DNA from: a virus
DNA length: 64,000 bases
Virus record (IMG/VR): IMGVR_UViG_3300042991_000201
Span: 9,764-73,763 of that record
Direction: 5' to 3' (one strand)
Below are positions 37,293 through 48,763 of the stretch, piece by piece; the first letter of the stretch is position 1, and each line of letters opens with the position of its first letter. The position numbers were made by a program, and so were the translations under genes. Below the pieces are notes generated by a model. It ran no database searches and was not told the DNA's origin. It was given only the letters and a program-made list of their open reading frames with translations.

Positions 37293-37306
37293 TATAAGGA
37301 GTCTCT

Positions 37307-38056
37307 ATGAATAATGAACTGCAACTTTTCGGTTTTGATGGTCAGGACATTAGGGTATCCATGCAGAATGGAGAGCCGTGGTTTGTACTCAAGGATGTGT
37401 GTGGAGTGCTTGGGGTGGGTAATTCTAGGGATGTGTCTGCTAGACTTGCTGATGATGAGAAGGGGGTAGATTTGATCGACACCCTTGGGGGTAAACAAGA
37501 AGTAACTATCATCAATGAGTTTGGGCTATATTCTGTTCTAAGTCGTTCGGATAAGCCAGAAGCAAAACGATTCCAGCGATGGGTCAACCACGAAGTTCTT
37601 CCATCTATTCGTAAGCATGGCGGCTATATTGTAGGTCAGAGTGAGATGAGTAGGGAGGAATTTCTAGCTAAAGCTCTTCGTATATCTGATGATATTCTCA
37701 AAGAAAAAGACGTTCTCATTGCTAAACAGGGTCAAGAACTTATAGTGGCACAACCAAAGATAGAGAGCTTTGATGCTCTTATGCGTAGTACAGATCACAT
37801 GAGTATTACAGAATGCGCCAAGCATTTCAATCTTCATCCAAAAGTTTATGTATTCCCTTATCTTAGGGAGCATGGCTATCTAACTTCTAAAGAGCTTCCT
37901 AGCCAGAAGGCGCTTGATGGGGGTTATATGGTACTTCGCCAAAATCCTATTCCCGGAACAGATAGATTCAACTCCCAAGCTATTGTACTTAAAAAACACT
38001 TGGAGGTTTGGAGGACTAAACTGGTTCCTAAAATTATGAAAGAGTTTGATCTATGA
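37307..38056 (+). CDS. BRO-N plus KilAC antirepressor
   Basis: EPWFVLKDVC...INE.GLY...SDKPEAKRFQRWV..EVLPSIRKHG. Confidence 0.9.
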   Translation: MNNELQLFGFDGQDIRVSMQNGEPWFVLKDVCGVLGVGNSRDVSARLADDEKGVDLIDTLGGKQEVTIINEFGLYSVLSRSDKPEAKRFQRWVNHEVLPSIRKHGGYIVGQSEMSREEFLAKALRISDDILKEKDVLIAKQGQELIVAQPKIESFDALMRSTDHMSITECAKHFNLHPKVYVFPYLREHGYLTSKELPSQKALDGGYMVLRQNPIPGTDRFNSQAIVLKKHLEVWRTKLVPKIMKEFDL

Positions 38057-39369
38057 TCCCTGAACACACTCCAGACTATAATACTTTCGACATTCATCTA
38101 AATATCATTGACAAAAAGAAGATGAAGGAATTGAATCTTGATATTACCGATCTTCTTATTGTCCGATGGTTTTATAATTGGTACACTTACCATAAGATGT
38201 TGAAAGAAATAGAAGGCGGGGTACCTTATTATTGGGTGAATTATAGTGCGGTTGTCAGGGAATTCGACATAGCTGGTATCACATCCGTGTCGGGGGCAAG
38301 ACGAAGGTTATTGAGGCTATGTGGAGAAGAAGGTAATGACATAGCTACTCCTCTACTAAAACGTATAACTCGTAATTACAAAGCATACTCATCACAAGTA
38401 TTCTTTCACCTAGATGAAGCTCTATTTTTCTCTATAGTCTCTTATGGACATATAGGGAGTGGGGTTTTACCCCTTGAGATAGAAGAAGAGCTAGGGACTA
38501 CCCAGCAAGACAAAGCCATTGAAGTCCCGGTAGAGGCCCTTGCTAACCTCATCACCCCCGAAACTATTGCTTTCATTGACAAAGGTTTATCCTTTAATTC
38601 CCAATTCTCTAAGCCACGAATCAATCTTACAGAGCCATCTAAAGCCCTTATGAATATCCAGACGTATCGTGAAGAGTTGTTGGATGGGACTTTCGTACAG
38701 AAGCATCAGAATCAGTTACCATCTAATCTACGTTCTGTGGTATTACCTTCATTGACAGAAGATGACATATTATCTCGTATGGCGGGGGTGAAACTGGCTA
38801 ATAAAATTGGCATTGGAGATTATTTTTTGTCATATAATCACAATACTAAATCGTATAGCTCTATGTTTATTTCATATATGTCGAAAGCTACCAAGGACAA
38901 CGCCCCTGCACCAGCACCAAAAGCGGTTGTCACAGAAGTCAAGACATCCGGGATGCATCCAAAAGCCATAGTGTATATGTCAGATGGCCAAAAGGAAGCA
39001 CATAGGAAATTAGGGGTTACAGATATGAACACTGTAGCTCGTGTTGCAGATATCGTGTATACTTGGTACGATTCATACCCTAATATAGTAAAGACTTGGT
39101 ACGAACAGAATACGGGTAAGAAACTCATGTATAATATGAAGAATTTCATGGAGGCTTGGAAAGAGCGTGTCGGTAAAACTGCTGATGAATTTTACAAGAA
39201 TGTGGTGCCGTTTGATACAAATAACTATCAATGGTTACTTTTTGCTAGATATATGTGGAAACATTCAAATGTCCTCTTGCATAATAAACTAAGTTGTGCT
39301 ATCATTCAATCCAACGATGGTGCTTGGTATTGGGTGGACTACAATTCGTTACGCAAAGACATAGGATGA
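38053..39369 (+). CDS. putative replication initiator / origin-binding protein (winged HTH N-terminus)
   Basis: LD.TD.LI..WF...YYWVNY......I.S....RR...L pattern of phage initiator-like proteins. Confidence 0.45.
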   Translation: MIPEHTPDYNTFDIHLNIIDKKKMKELNLDITDLLIVRWFYNWYTYHKMLKEIEGGVPYYWVNYSAVVREFDIAGITSVSGARRRLLRLCGEEGNDIATPLLKRITRNYKAYSSQVFFHLDEALFFSIVSYGHIGSGVLPLEIEEELGTTQQDKAIEVPVEALANLITPETIAFIDKGLSFNSQFSKPRINLTEPSKALMNIQTYREELLDGTFVQKHQNQLPSNLRSVVLPSLTEDDILSRMAGVKLANKIGIGDYFLSYNHNTKSYSSMFISYMSKATKDNAPAPAPKAVVTEVKTSGMHPKAIVYMSDGQKEAHRKLGVTDMNTVARVADIVYTWYDSYPNIVKTWYEQNTGKKLMYNMKNFMEAWKERVGKTADEFYKNVVPFDTNNYQWLLFARYMWKHSNVLLHNKLSCAIIQSNDGAWYWVDYNSLRKDIG

Positions 39370-39561
39370 GGGGGTAAGATGACTTATCTGAAAACCATAA
39401 TGAGGGAATACGGGATGTCTCGCAGGGAGGCCCGTAAAGCCATTAAAGCTGATAGGTGGTACGCAAGATTTATTGTGAAGATTACAAGAAAGTATCACAA
39501 TAATATTACTTGACATTTTCGAGATTCTATGGTATTGTCTTTATAAAGGTGGTAACCAGAT

Positions 39562-39801
39562 ATGAACATGGACTTATCGAATAAGTATTCCAAAGCAATG
39601 GAAGTGTGCGTACAGAATTCGGATCATGCAGTGGCAGATGCCCTCCTGTGTGAATTGCTTACGATACTTGGTTATCGTAGTGTATGTGAGATATATAATA
39701 GAGTCAGCAAGTATCCCCAGCTCAGTACTCCTTTTGAAGAGGAGTCAGAGATAGCAAAAGCTATAGAGACTGTGACACACAATAGGAAGTCAAAGAAATG
39801 A
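39562..39801 (+). CDS. hypothetical protein
   Basis: H..AD.LLCELL..LGY pattern; promoter upstream. Confidence 0.5.
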   Translation: MNMDLSNKYSKAMEVCVQNSDHAVADALLCELLTILGYRSVCEIYNRVSKYPQLSTPFEEESEIAKAIETVTHNRKSKK

Positions 39802-39855
39802 AGTATGGAGACTTTGTAGTATATAGATGCCCATTATAAAATGGGAGGCTATAAC

Positions 39856-40602
39856 ATGGAAGATAGAAACGGGACAATTTACATGTATACATCTCCATCA
39901 GGGAAGTGTTACATAGGACAAACATGGAAACCCAATAAGCGCAAAGCGGCTCATCGCGCTATGAGTGGTAATTCTGTTGCATTTTTTAATGCTATTAAAT
40001 CCTATGGTTTTGAAAACATGACGTACTCCATCCTACATTCAGAGGTGAAAACACAAGATGAAATGAATAGACTTGAATCCCTTGAGATAAAAAATAGGGA
40101 CACACTAAGTCCAAATGGTTATAATCTGAATGGAGGAGGGGGTGCACAGGGAGTTCGTAGTGCTGAGACTAGAGCGCGGTTAAGCGCGGCACGGCTAGGG
40201 AAACACATGAGTCCAGAATCAAGAGAAAAAATCGGGAGGGCGGGTAGAGGTCTAAAAAGAAGTCCCGAAACACTAGAAAGAATGAGGGCGGCTAATATAG
40301 GTAGAAAGCATAGTCTAGAGACAAGAGAACAGATGAGTATATCTAGACGGGGTAGAAAGCTAAGTCAAGAAGCAAAAGATAATATTGGTAAAGCAGTGCG
40401 AGGTAGGAAGGCAAGTCCAGAAACAAAAGAAAAGCAAAGGAAATGGAATACAGGTAGAAAAATGAGTCCAGAGGCGATAGAAAAAACGCGGATAGCTAAT
40501 ATTGGCCGGAAGGCGTCTCCTGAGACAAGAGAAAAGATACGCCAAGCTGGTCTAATTCGTTGGCAGAAGATACGAGATGCAAAAAATTCTAAATCTGAAT
40601 AA
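39856..40602 (+). CDS. free-standing GIY-YIG homing endonuclease with NUMOD3 repeats
   Basis: GTIY...K.YIGQT, PNGYNL and repeated G.K.SPETREK; probable ATG at 39856 after GGGAGG. Confidence 0.85.
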   Translation: MEDRNGTIYMYTSPSGKCYIGQTWKPNKRKAAHRAMSGNSVAFFNAIKSYGFENMTYSILHSEVKTQDEMNRLESLEIKNRDTLSPNGYNLNGGGGAQGVRSAETRARLSAARLGKHMSPESREKIGRAGRGLKRSPETLERMRAANIGRKHSLETREQMSISRRGRKLSQEAKDNIGKAVRGRKASPETKEKQRKWNTGRKMSPEAIEKTRIANIGRKASPETREKIRQAGLIRWQKIRDAKNSKSE

Positions 40603-40682
40603 GACGCATTATTTTAGTATGTGGGAGGGGTTGATTTTGTATATGGTGTTGAGTAGTGCATGTACTTCAGGAGGATTAACCT

Positions 40683-41162
40683 ATGAAACGTGGTGATTTA
40701 GTGGAATGGGCAACAACTAATTCTAATATGCGAATAACAGAACGGGCGGGGCGTATTATAGCTACTATCCCTGCTTATGAGCATCCTAACAACATACTGG
40801 GGGAGGCTATATTCTCCCCCACACAAGATATACGCACTGATGAGAGTTATGTGGTTCTCATCCCCAAATATGGTGTGTATATGTGGCCTAGTTCCAAGGC
40901 TCTGAAGATTCTGACCAAAGACAGGGATCATCTCCTTGAGAGCCAGACAAAGCCTAGCCTCCATGTCAAAGCAGCTATAGATAGAAGTGACCGTAAGAAG
41001 ATCAAAGCGTTGGCATTGAAACTGGGGGATGAATTCATGGAATCAGATGACTTCCTATCCATTCCAGCTTGGAGAAGGCGCTTTACTTTCGAGACCGATC
41101 GTGGGGTGGAATTCATATCCAAGGTAGATTATCTTCTGGAAACAGAATCCGAATTGGCTTGA
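40683..41162 (+). CDS. hypothetical protein
   Basis: ORF with an AGGAGG RBS. Confidence 0.5.
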   Translation: MKRGDLVEWATTNSNMRITERAGRIIATIPAYEHPNNILGEAIFSPTQDIRTDESYVVLIPKYGVYMWPSSKALKILTKDRDHLLESQTKPSLHVKAAIDRSDRKKIKALALKLGDEFMESDDFLSIPAWRRRFTFETDRGVEFISKVDYLLETESELA

Positions 41163-41368
41163 CTTTAATCACGATCTTTATTATATTCTTTGCAGGAGGA
41201 TGAAGCAATGGGGCGGTCATACAGGATGAAGGCTCTTGTATCTAGGCGAAACACTTACTTGAAGGAAGAGTTTGACAAGGTACAAGAAGAGGAAGTTGAA
41301 AAGGTCATGGAAGAAGCGGAAATCAACTTTGAATCAATCGCAGAAGAAGACTAAGGAGTTAGCATATT

Positions 41369-41677
41369 ATGGATGGACTTAATGATCTCAACCTTGTAGT
41401 TATGGAAGGCATGGTTTCTTCTGCCAGTGAAATTAAAGATGGCTCCGGTGTAGCATTTCAGGATTTTACCCTTGAAACTACTCGGAAACATTCAAATGGT
41501 ATAGGACATTACAAATTTCCTTGTGTACTTTCAGACAAAGTTCTAGCATCTGTTGAATGTCTTGAAGTGGGGGATAGGATTCGTATTCGTGGACATCTTC
41601 AGGAGTCTACATACATGATTGACGAGAATCACAAATTCACTTATGGAAAAGTCCGAGTGGACTTCATTGAGATATGA
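41369..41677 (+). CDS. short single-stranded DNA-binding protein (OB fold)
   Basis: LN.V.MEG...L.VG.RIRI.G.LQ...KV....IE; no acidic tail. Confidence 0.65.
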   Translation: MDGLNDLNLVVMEGMVSSASEIKDGSGVAFQDFTLETTRKHSNGIGHYKFPCVLSDKVLASVECLEVGDRIRIRGHLQESTYMIDENHKFTYGKVRVDFIEI

Positions 41678-42108
41678 TTTTTGATACGGAATTTGCGGCT
41701 ATAGAATTGATTATGGATGAGCTTGCATCTATCAATCTATATAGTAACTGGACTCAGGATGAACGGGATAAAAGAATTATAGAACAGGAAATCCTTGAAG
41801 CCCGTGGGTGCCTAGAGAAGCTAAGAAGGAGGGTCGATCTATGAACAAAACATCTGATACTGTAATGGCTATTGTAGGTATGATTTTAAGTATTTTTCTT
41901 GCCGCGAGTATAGAAGGGGTCATCCTCTTCTTCGTGTGGCCTGTAGTTATTCCAGCGACTTTTCCCGGTCTGGTGTCTATGGGGATTCTTGCTCCAAAGT
42001 TGTCTATATGGGTGAGTATATGCCTTACATGGGTATTCAATATCCTATTCAAGCCTATAAAAGCACAGTCAAAGAAGTAAATTCGCAATAAAGTGTAGGA
42101 GTTTTATC

Positions 42109-42999
42109 GTGTTTGATGTGCCGTCTTTCTTATCTGATAATCACATTCAGTTTTGGACACATGGTAAGAACTGTCAAGATGGATGGGCTAACATTCAATG
42201 CCCCCATGGTTGTGGAGACCACAGTAATCATGGGGGCTTTAATTTAGCCGAAGGTAGGTATTATTGCTGGAAGTGTGGTGGGCATAGTCTATGGAGTACC
42301 ATCAAGGCTCTCTTACCTCAAAGTGACCCAACTGCAATCATTGAAGAATATGAAGATGCCCCGAGATACTTCATCAAGAAGCGTAGGGCAGAAGCAGTTT
42401 CGCTTGAAATGCCGGGAGAACCCCTTAATAAACAGTGCAAAAAATATCTGATTAAACGAGGATTTGATCCTGATGAATTAGAATTTCGGTATGGATTGAA
42501 ATTTGGTGGTATCATAGGGGAATGGAAATACCGTATCCTCATACCTATTTATGATGCCACTGGGAGACTTGTTACTTGGCAAGGTAGAGATATCACAGGG
42601 CAACAGGAAGAGCGATATAAGACCCTCTCTATAGAAAAGAGTGTGGTAAATCCTAAGCATACTCTATATGGGATTGACAAATGTAAGGGGGGTACTGTTG
42701 GGGTGGTTGAAGGTCCATTTGATAAAATTCGACTGGGTGACGGAATACTCTGTACCCTAGGTACTTCTATGACACAACAGCAAATCCGTCTCTTGAGTGC
42801 ATATTCCAAAATTGTCTTTGTATTTGATCCAGAAGAAGAAGCACAGCGTAGGGCTATGAAGTATGCACAGATGGTTGCGGCTATGGGGGTTGAAGTAGAA
42901 ATACTTGATACGGGCTTGACTTATGATGCAGGGGATAGTACTATAGAGGATGTAGAGATGATTCGTAAAGAAATTTTTGGAGGGGGAGCAAACACATGA
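42109..42999 (+). CDS. DNA primase (zinc finger plus TOPRIM)
   Basis: CPHGC...CWKCG; RILIPI; VVEGPFD; FDPE. Confidence 0.85.
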   Translation: MFDVPSFLSDNHIQFWTHGKNCQDGWANIQCPHGCGDHSNHGGFNLAEGRYYCWKCGGHSLWSTIKALLPQSDPTAIIEEYEDAPRYFIKKRRAEAVSLEMPGEPLNKQCKKYLIKRGFDPDELEFRYGLKFGGIIGEWKYRILIPIYDATGRLVTWQGRDITGQQEERYKTLSIEKSVVNPKHTLYGIDKCKGGTVGVVEGPFDKIRLGDGILCTLGTSMTQQQIRLLSAYSKIVFVFDPEEEAQRRAMKYAQMVAAMGVEVEILDTGLTYDAGDSTIEDVEMIRKEIFGGGANT

Positions 43000-43211
43000 C
43001 GACTATTACCGTTGGAGAACTTATGGACTTTCTGAGAGATTACCCAGAAGATATGGCAGTCATGTCTTTTGCTGAAGGTAGGGTGTATCCAGCACTCAGC
43101 GTAGATATGGTACCCAAGGATGATAATATTCCGTTTGATAGTATCGAGATAGGGTGTGGATGGGTACCATGTAATATGTATGACGATGATGAGTGGGAAG
43201 AGTAAACAGAC

Positions 43212-43826
43212 ATGGCACAAGGTAAAGCATACGCCAATAGAAAACCAATAGATCAGCGCCCTGAAGCTGACTTTTATGAAACCCCATATTCACTTACTTG
43301 GGAACTAATTAAACTGAATGTGTTTGATATTTCAATTCCTGTATACGAACCTGCTATGGGTAACGGTGCTATTTCTTCCCAACTAATCAAAGCAGGATTC
43401 ACTGTGACTGGTGATGATCTTCTGACAACGGGTAAAGATTTTCTAATGCACACTGATGAGCACTACCAACAGATGTGTATGAATCCTCCATTTTCATTGT
43501 TTGATGAATTTATAATTCAAGCTAAAAAGTGTTCCGATAAATTTGCTTCTATTATGAAAACTAACTTCCTTGGAGCGCATAGTCGGACAAAGAAGGGTGT
43601 GTGGAAGAATCTCAGGTGTTTATATGTATTTGATCGTCAGATAGATTATCGTACTCCTATTCTTGAATCTGGAGAGCTTTGCATAGGAAATCTTATAACG
43701 GGATGGGGCGTATGGGATATGTCATGGGAAGAGGATTACTTTGAGACACGAGTGCTAGATATACAGAAATATTGTACTCTTGGTAGTTTTGAACGATATA
43801 TTGCATTACAATCAGTAGTATCTTGA
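43212..43826 (+). CDS. DNA adenine methyltransferase (phage type)
   Basis: DFYETP, EPAMGNG, DFL and NPPF motifs. Confidence 0.8.
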   Translation: MAQGKAYANRKPIDQRPEADFYETPYSLTWELIKLNVFDISIPVYEPAMGNGAISSQLIKAGFTVTGDDLLTTGKDFLMHTDEHYQQMCMNPPFSLFDEFIIQAKKCSDKFASIMKTNFLGAHSRTKKGVWKNLRCLYVFDRQIDYRTPILESGELCIGNLITGWGVWDMSWEEDYFETRVLDIQKYCTLGSFERYIALQSVVS

Positions 43827-44233
43827 TGCAAGGAGGGGGATATGAACAACGACAAAGAGTTTCCCACCACCGTGGCCAGCGTCTGTTTGGTCACATTTGT
43901 TATCATTCTTTCACTGGCAATAACATTCGATATTGGGTTGGCAAAGGGTAAAGCTGAAGCGATTCGGCCCATAGTGAGACAAGGCGAGTTGCCCTATAAC
44001 ACCCCTGTCATAGTCTACACGATCCGCGAAGACGGCACCATTGATGGTGAGTCTGCCATACGCATCGATTATACTGAGGTGCTACCGTACTCGACGACTG
44101 GGCACAGTATACCGTTTGATAGGTTTGAAGGGTGGGATTACTGGACAGAGCTTGACGTTACGTTCGCCGGATGGAAGCCATAACCACTGGCCGCGACGCG
44201 CGGAGGGCAGATATTGGTGTGAGGAGTAGTTGA

Positions 44234-44692
44234 ATGAAAAAGATGGTAGTTGTTTTTGCGGCGTTGTGGTTATCAGGGTGTACTATCATGTTTATGTTTC
44301 CAGACGTGAAGTACGATGACATATTTCATGGTCTTCCTGTTGTGGAAACTATAGGCGATGCATGGCATATCGCGTCCAACGTAGAATACGTGTCCGATGG
44401 CTCTCAGGAGATATTCAAGGAGCCTAGAGATACATATGCTAGTATGGAAGGTGACTGCGAGGATATTGCGGCGCTTATGCTTGCTATCATAATCAATTCA
44501 GGATTAGGTGACGGGTATGTTTCAGTTATACAGTCTAGTGGGAATACATATCATGCGGTTGTCGAAGTAGGCGGGAGACTGTACGAGGCTCAGGTTCTTG
44601 GATATATCTATCCAGTAAATACACGAGTAATCAAGCGTTATACGCTGTTGGAGTATGTCAAGCATCGCGGTATTATGGTGACTACAAAATAA
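44234..44692 (+). CDS. lipoprotein with transglutaminase-like Cys protease domain
   Basis: Lipobox LSGC; GDCEDIA and HA motifs. Confidence 0.7.
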   Translation: MKKMVVVFAALWLSGCTIMFMFPDVKYDDIFHGLPVVETIGDAWHIASNVEYVSDGSQEIFKEPRDTYASMEGDCEDIAALMLAIIINSGLGDGYVSVIQSSGNTYHAVVEVGGRLYEAQVLGYIYPVNTRVIKRYTLLEYVKHRGIMVTTK

Positions 44693-45115
44693 AATATCTA
44701 GACAAAACATTTAGGGAGAACGAAGAGACTAAGGGAGGAGCGACCATGACCTATAAATCCTACAAGGAAAGGCTGGAGGCCGAACTCATAGAGCGGGCGA
44801 CTGGAGCCGCAGACTTATATTTGTACCGCCAGCCAAAAGAGCCGGTGATCAGGGAGATCCTTAGCCCACCGGAAGGAGACGACGAATGACCGATAAAGAA
44901 CGTGTGCTGGAATTGCTTACCGCCGTCGACAACGTGAACTTCGATATTGCCCGTGTCGAGGAATATGTCAAAAAGAATAAGTATAGCTATTTCAGGGAAA
45001 AATGTCAGAAGCAAACCCTTCCGCTTCTTCGCAGCAAGCGTCAATTGATCATCATGGAGATCGCTGAGGAGATCGACAACGGCGAGGTGGTCAGATTATC
45101 AATGGAGGTGAATAA

Positions 45116-45745
45116 ATGAGTGACACTACTATACTTGCATGGTATTTTTCGGATGAATCACGGACATTGCGACATGGTGACGGTCGGAAAATTGAACTTG
45201 GTTGCTCACACGAAGTCGAAGGCAACCCAGTTCTATGCGAACATGGACTCCATGCCTCAGTAAAACTACTTGATGCCCTCAGATATGCACCGGGGCCTGT
45301 TGTATATCGCGTCGAGCTGTCGGGAGAAATTGCTATTGGCGATGATAAAATCGTTGCGCAAAAACGGACGTATCTGGCAGGAGGCATCGATGTATCCGAC
45401 GTGCTTATGGCGTTTGCCAGAAAACAGGCATTGTCTGTAGCGCACCTGTGGGATATGCCTGATGTTGTCAAGGAATATCTGGAAACTGGTAATGAATCCT
45501 TAAACACAGAGGCACAGGACGCTGCAAGGGCCGCTACGTGGAACGCCGCAAGGGTTACCACAGGGAACGCGGTAGGTGCTGCATGGGCCACTGCAAATGC
45601 CGCAAATGCCGCAAATACCGTATGGGATTTAAGGGCTACTGCGTGGGCCGACGCAGAGAAAATGTTGACCGATATGATCAATGAAGCGATCGAGGCGGCA
45701 AAGAAACAAGGATACATCGGGTTTGAAAAGAAGGAGGAATTATGA
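45116..45745 (+). CDS. hypothetical phage protein with Ala-rich repeats
   Basis: LC.HGLHA....DAL.YA...VE..G motif. Confidence 0.6.
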   Translation: MSDTTILAWYFSDESRTLRHGDGRKIELGCSHEVEGNPVLCEHGLHASVKLLDALRYAPGPVVYRVELSGEIAIGDDKIVAQKRTYLAGGIDVSDVLMAFARKQALSVAHLWDMPDVVKEYLETGNESLNTEAQDAARAATWNAARVTTGNAVGAAWATANAANAANTVWDLRATAWADAEKMLTDMINEAIEAAKKQGYIGFEKKEEL

Positions 45746-46623
45746 AGTCAATTCTCGGCAAAATGGGTGGGCGATGGGGCAAGTGGTATAGGACTCCGGG
45801 GAAAGAGTTCCATTTTATAAAGATACATCGTCCCGATGATATTGCACGAGACGTTTATACCATACGATTTTTATGGTGGACAAGGCACTTCCTCTCCGGG
45901 ATCAAATTATGAAGATATGACCCACTGCCACCATCGATCCTGATACAAAGCCAGTGCGGGAAAAGTCCTGCGAAACCTGCATACACGACGGCAGTCAGAT
46001 GAGTTTCAGGTCTGGTTGTACTGGGTGCGGATCGTTCGACGAGTATAAAAACTACGATCCAGTGCAGAAGGACTTATAATGAAATGCGAATATAGTACAA
46101 ATACAGGATTCATTCCGCGTAAATGCTTGTGTGGGGGTTAATTCTATTGCAGAAGTTGGGTATATATAAAGATGGGTGCCCCTAGCTTACTATAAGAGCT
46201 ATTACCTTATTGTATACTACAGGAATGGTTGTTGAGGAGGATGCCACTGATGAACTTTGAAACTCCAGATGAAGCAGAGATAGTCCTTGAACGCTCTGGA
46301 TGGATCATCTATAAAAGATTCATGCGATCTCCAATCTTCTTTGAGATCGTTCTGTATACTGTAGAAGAGCAGATGGATGCTATGAATTATCTTATCAGAG
46401 AATGGGATTACACTATCGAGGCACAGGGATGACTCCGGCTATCATTGATGGTTATGGCCCCGTAATAAATCCAGACGATGCTTGTCCTTTCGGGGGAGGG
46501 CATAAGTGGGTATTCTATAGGATATTTTATAGTCCTGTTACTGCTCAATGGTATCAGGATTTGATACGTGAAAAGTGTGGATTCATCTCTCGTGGATGGT
46601 CACTAGCTAAACTGGAGTATTGA

Positions 46624-48228
46624 TTGAAAAGTGTAGAGAAAATAGATGATACTCTCGTAGTCAAATTCTACGTCCCTAATGCACAATTCTCATTTGAATT
46701 AGGATACATTAAGGGATTCAAGGGGAGAAAATTCGACGCTGAAAAAAAGTGTTGGGTGATTCCCTACTCTTACGAAACTATTTGTGACTTGAAGAGTCAT
46801 GGCTATACGCTTTCGCATACCCTGCAAGGGCTTATGGAAGATGCTACTAAACAAGAATATGACTACACGACCCCAAGCGAAGAGATTGATCCCACAAAGA
46901 TGCTATCATCGCTACGTGAGTATCAGCAAGAAGGACTGGAATTTCTTGAAGCGGTCAATGGTCGCGGCATCGTATCTTTTTCTATGCGTATGGGGAAATC
47001 CCTCACGGCTCTCGCTTGGTGCCTCTATAAAGACATCAGGCGTATCCTCATCATTTGTCCTGCCATTGCCAAACCCGTATGGGAACAGGAAATAAAGAAG
47101 TGGACAGATTTGAGATATTTTGCGGCAAAGGGGAGGACTGCACATTCTATAGACAAACGAGTAGAAGTGATCATCATAAATTATGACATCCTCTCTGATT
47201 GGCTACCTATCCTCGAATTTTGGGATGCAAAAGCATTGATCGTTGACGAGTCTCATTATGCCGCCAATAAGACTCGTATGGTGTCAAAGAAACAACCAGA
47301 CGGTACAAACAAGTCTGTAAAAGAACCCGTAAAACGCACCGTAGCGGTGACTAGCCTTGGACGAAAAATACAGCATACGATCTGTCTATCTGGCACTCCA
47401 ATTACGAGTTACCCTAGTCAGTTTTTCCCTGTTTTGAATATGCTCTACCCCAATATGTTCCCGAATGAATGGAAGTATCTCCATCGTTATTGTGATCCTG
47501 TACGCACACAATGGGGTTGGGAATTCAAAGGGGCTTCCAATGTCAATGAGTTGCGTTCTAAGTTATCCAAGATTATGATACGCAAGACGAAGCAGGATGC
47601 TTTCAATGAATTGCCAGATGAAGAACGTATTGTTCTTCCCATAGAAATTGACATGAAAGCGTATGAACGGGAATGGGGTGCATTTCAAGAATGGTATAAA
47701 GAACATCGTGGTCTTTCTGATGAAGAATTAGATCAGAAGATAGCTCATCTTGAATCCATAGCCTATCCAAAAAAGAGAGCAACAATACTTGAGTGGGTAC
47801 AGGAATTCCTGAAAAGCGGGGAACAGCTTATCATATTCGCATGGTTTAGAGAGACCTGTTTTGACTTGCACACAGCTTTCAAAAAGGAATCTGTACTTGT
47901 CTATGGCGGAACTAAAGATAGAGACGCCCAAGTACAGAAATTCCAGAAAGGGGATGCTCGAATATTCATAGGGCAGATATCAGCAGTGAAGGAGGCCATC
48001 ACACTAGCCAATGCGAATACGGCTCTCTATGTGGAGTTGCCATGGTCAGCAGGGGATTTACGGCAATCTGAAGAAAGATTATTTTTGCCGGGGAATTTGC
48101 AAAAGAACGCTTATTTCTATGCTATAGCACAAGATACGATAGATGAAGAGCGTTACCACAAGCTACAAGAAAGAGTAGAAAATCTTGATAGGGTACTTGA
48201 CGGTAAGTCCAATGCAGTAGTATCTTAG
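46624..48228 (+). CDS. SNF2-family (DExH) helicase
   Basis: YQ, MRMGKS, DESH, LSGTP and Q.EER motifs. Confidence 0.9.
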   Translation: MKSVEKIDDTLVVKFYVPNAQFSFELGYIKGFKGRKFDAEKKCWVIPYSYETICDLKSHGYTLSHTLQGLMEDATKQEYDYTTPSEEIDPTKMLSSLREYQQEGLEFLEAVNGRGIVSFSMRMGKSLTALAWCLYKDIRRILIICPAIAKPVWEQEIKKWTDLRYFAAKGRTAHSIDKRVEVIIINYDILSDWLPILEFWDAKALIVDESHYAANKTRMVSKKQPDGTNKSVKEPVKRTVAVTSLGRKIQHTICLSGTPITSYPSQFFPVLNMLYPNMFPNEWKYLHRYCDPVRTQWGWEFKGASNVNELRSKLSKIMIRKTKQDAFNELPDEERIVLPIEIDMKAYEREWGAFQEWYKEHRGLSDEELDQKIAHLESIAYPKKRATILEWVQEFLKSGEQLIIFAWFRETCFDLHTAFKKESVLVYGGTKDRDAQVQKFQKGDARIFIGQISAVKEAITLANANTALYVELPWSAGDLRQSEERLFLPGNLQKNAYFYAIAQDTIDEERYHKLQERVENLDRVLDGKSNAVVS

Positions 48229-48332
48229 GGATATAGCATAAGGGGGTATAGATATGCCAAAGATGTAATTGATAAAGAAGATCATAAATCAAGTATGTAG
48301 CAATAAAGTGGCTTGAAACCAAGGAGGTTCCC

Positions 48333-48695
48333 GTGGGTAATGACAAGATACTTGAGAAGATTGAGAAACTTGAACACGAATTGGCAGAATTGAAGGGGGG
48401 CCTGAAGCAGAAGAATACAATAATTTTTGACCGAAATCATTCTTATGTAGCTATAGATGCTGAAGGATTGCCTTACTATCTCATGGCTTCTGCCGATGAC
48501 GTTTACTCATATGCTTGGCACAGTTTGATAGAAAGCAACCATACCACGTGGGATGGGTTACATGATGATGGACAGGAAGCTCTTAATAGTATAATGGAAG
48601 AGGATATTTCTTCTCCATGGACAATACACGAGTTCAATAGTGGGGTAGATGCTTTGGAATTCTATCTGTATTGTGCACATATTTATGTAGAATAA
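48333..48695 (+). CDS. hypothetical protein
   Basis: GTG start with a GGAGG RBS. Confidence 0.5.
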   Translation: MGNDKILEKIEKLEHELAELKGGLKQKNTIIFDRNHSYVAIDAEGLPYYLMASADDVYSYAWHSLIESNHTTWDGLHDDGQEALNSIMEEDISSPWTIHEFNSGVDALEFYLYCAHIYVE

Positions 48696-48763
48696 TATAC
48701 TAGACTATTCCTCAATAGTTAAGTATAATATAAACATCACTAGATTACGTGGAGGAATATAAT

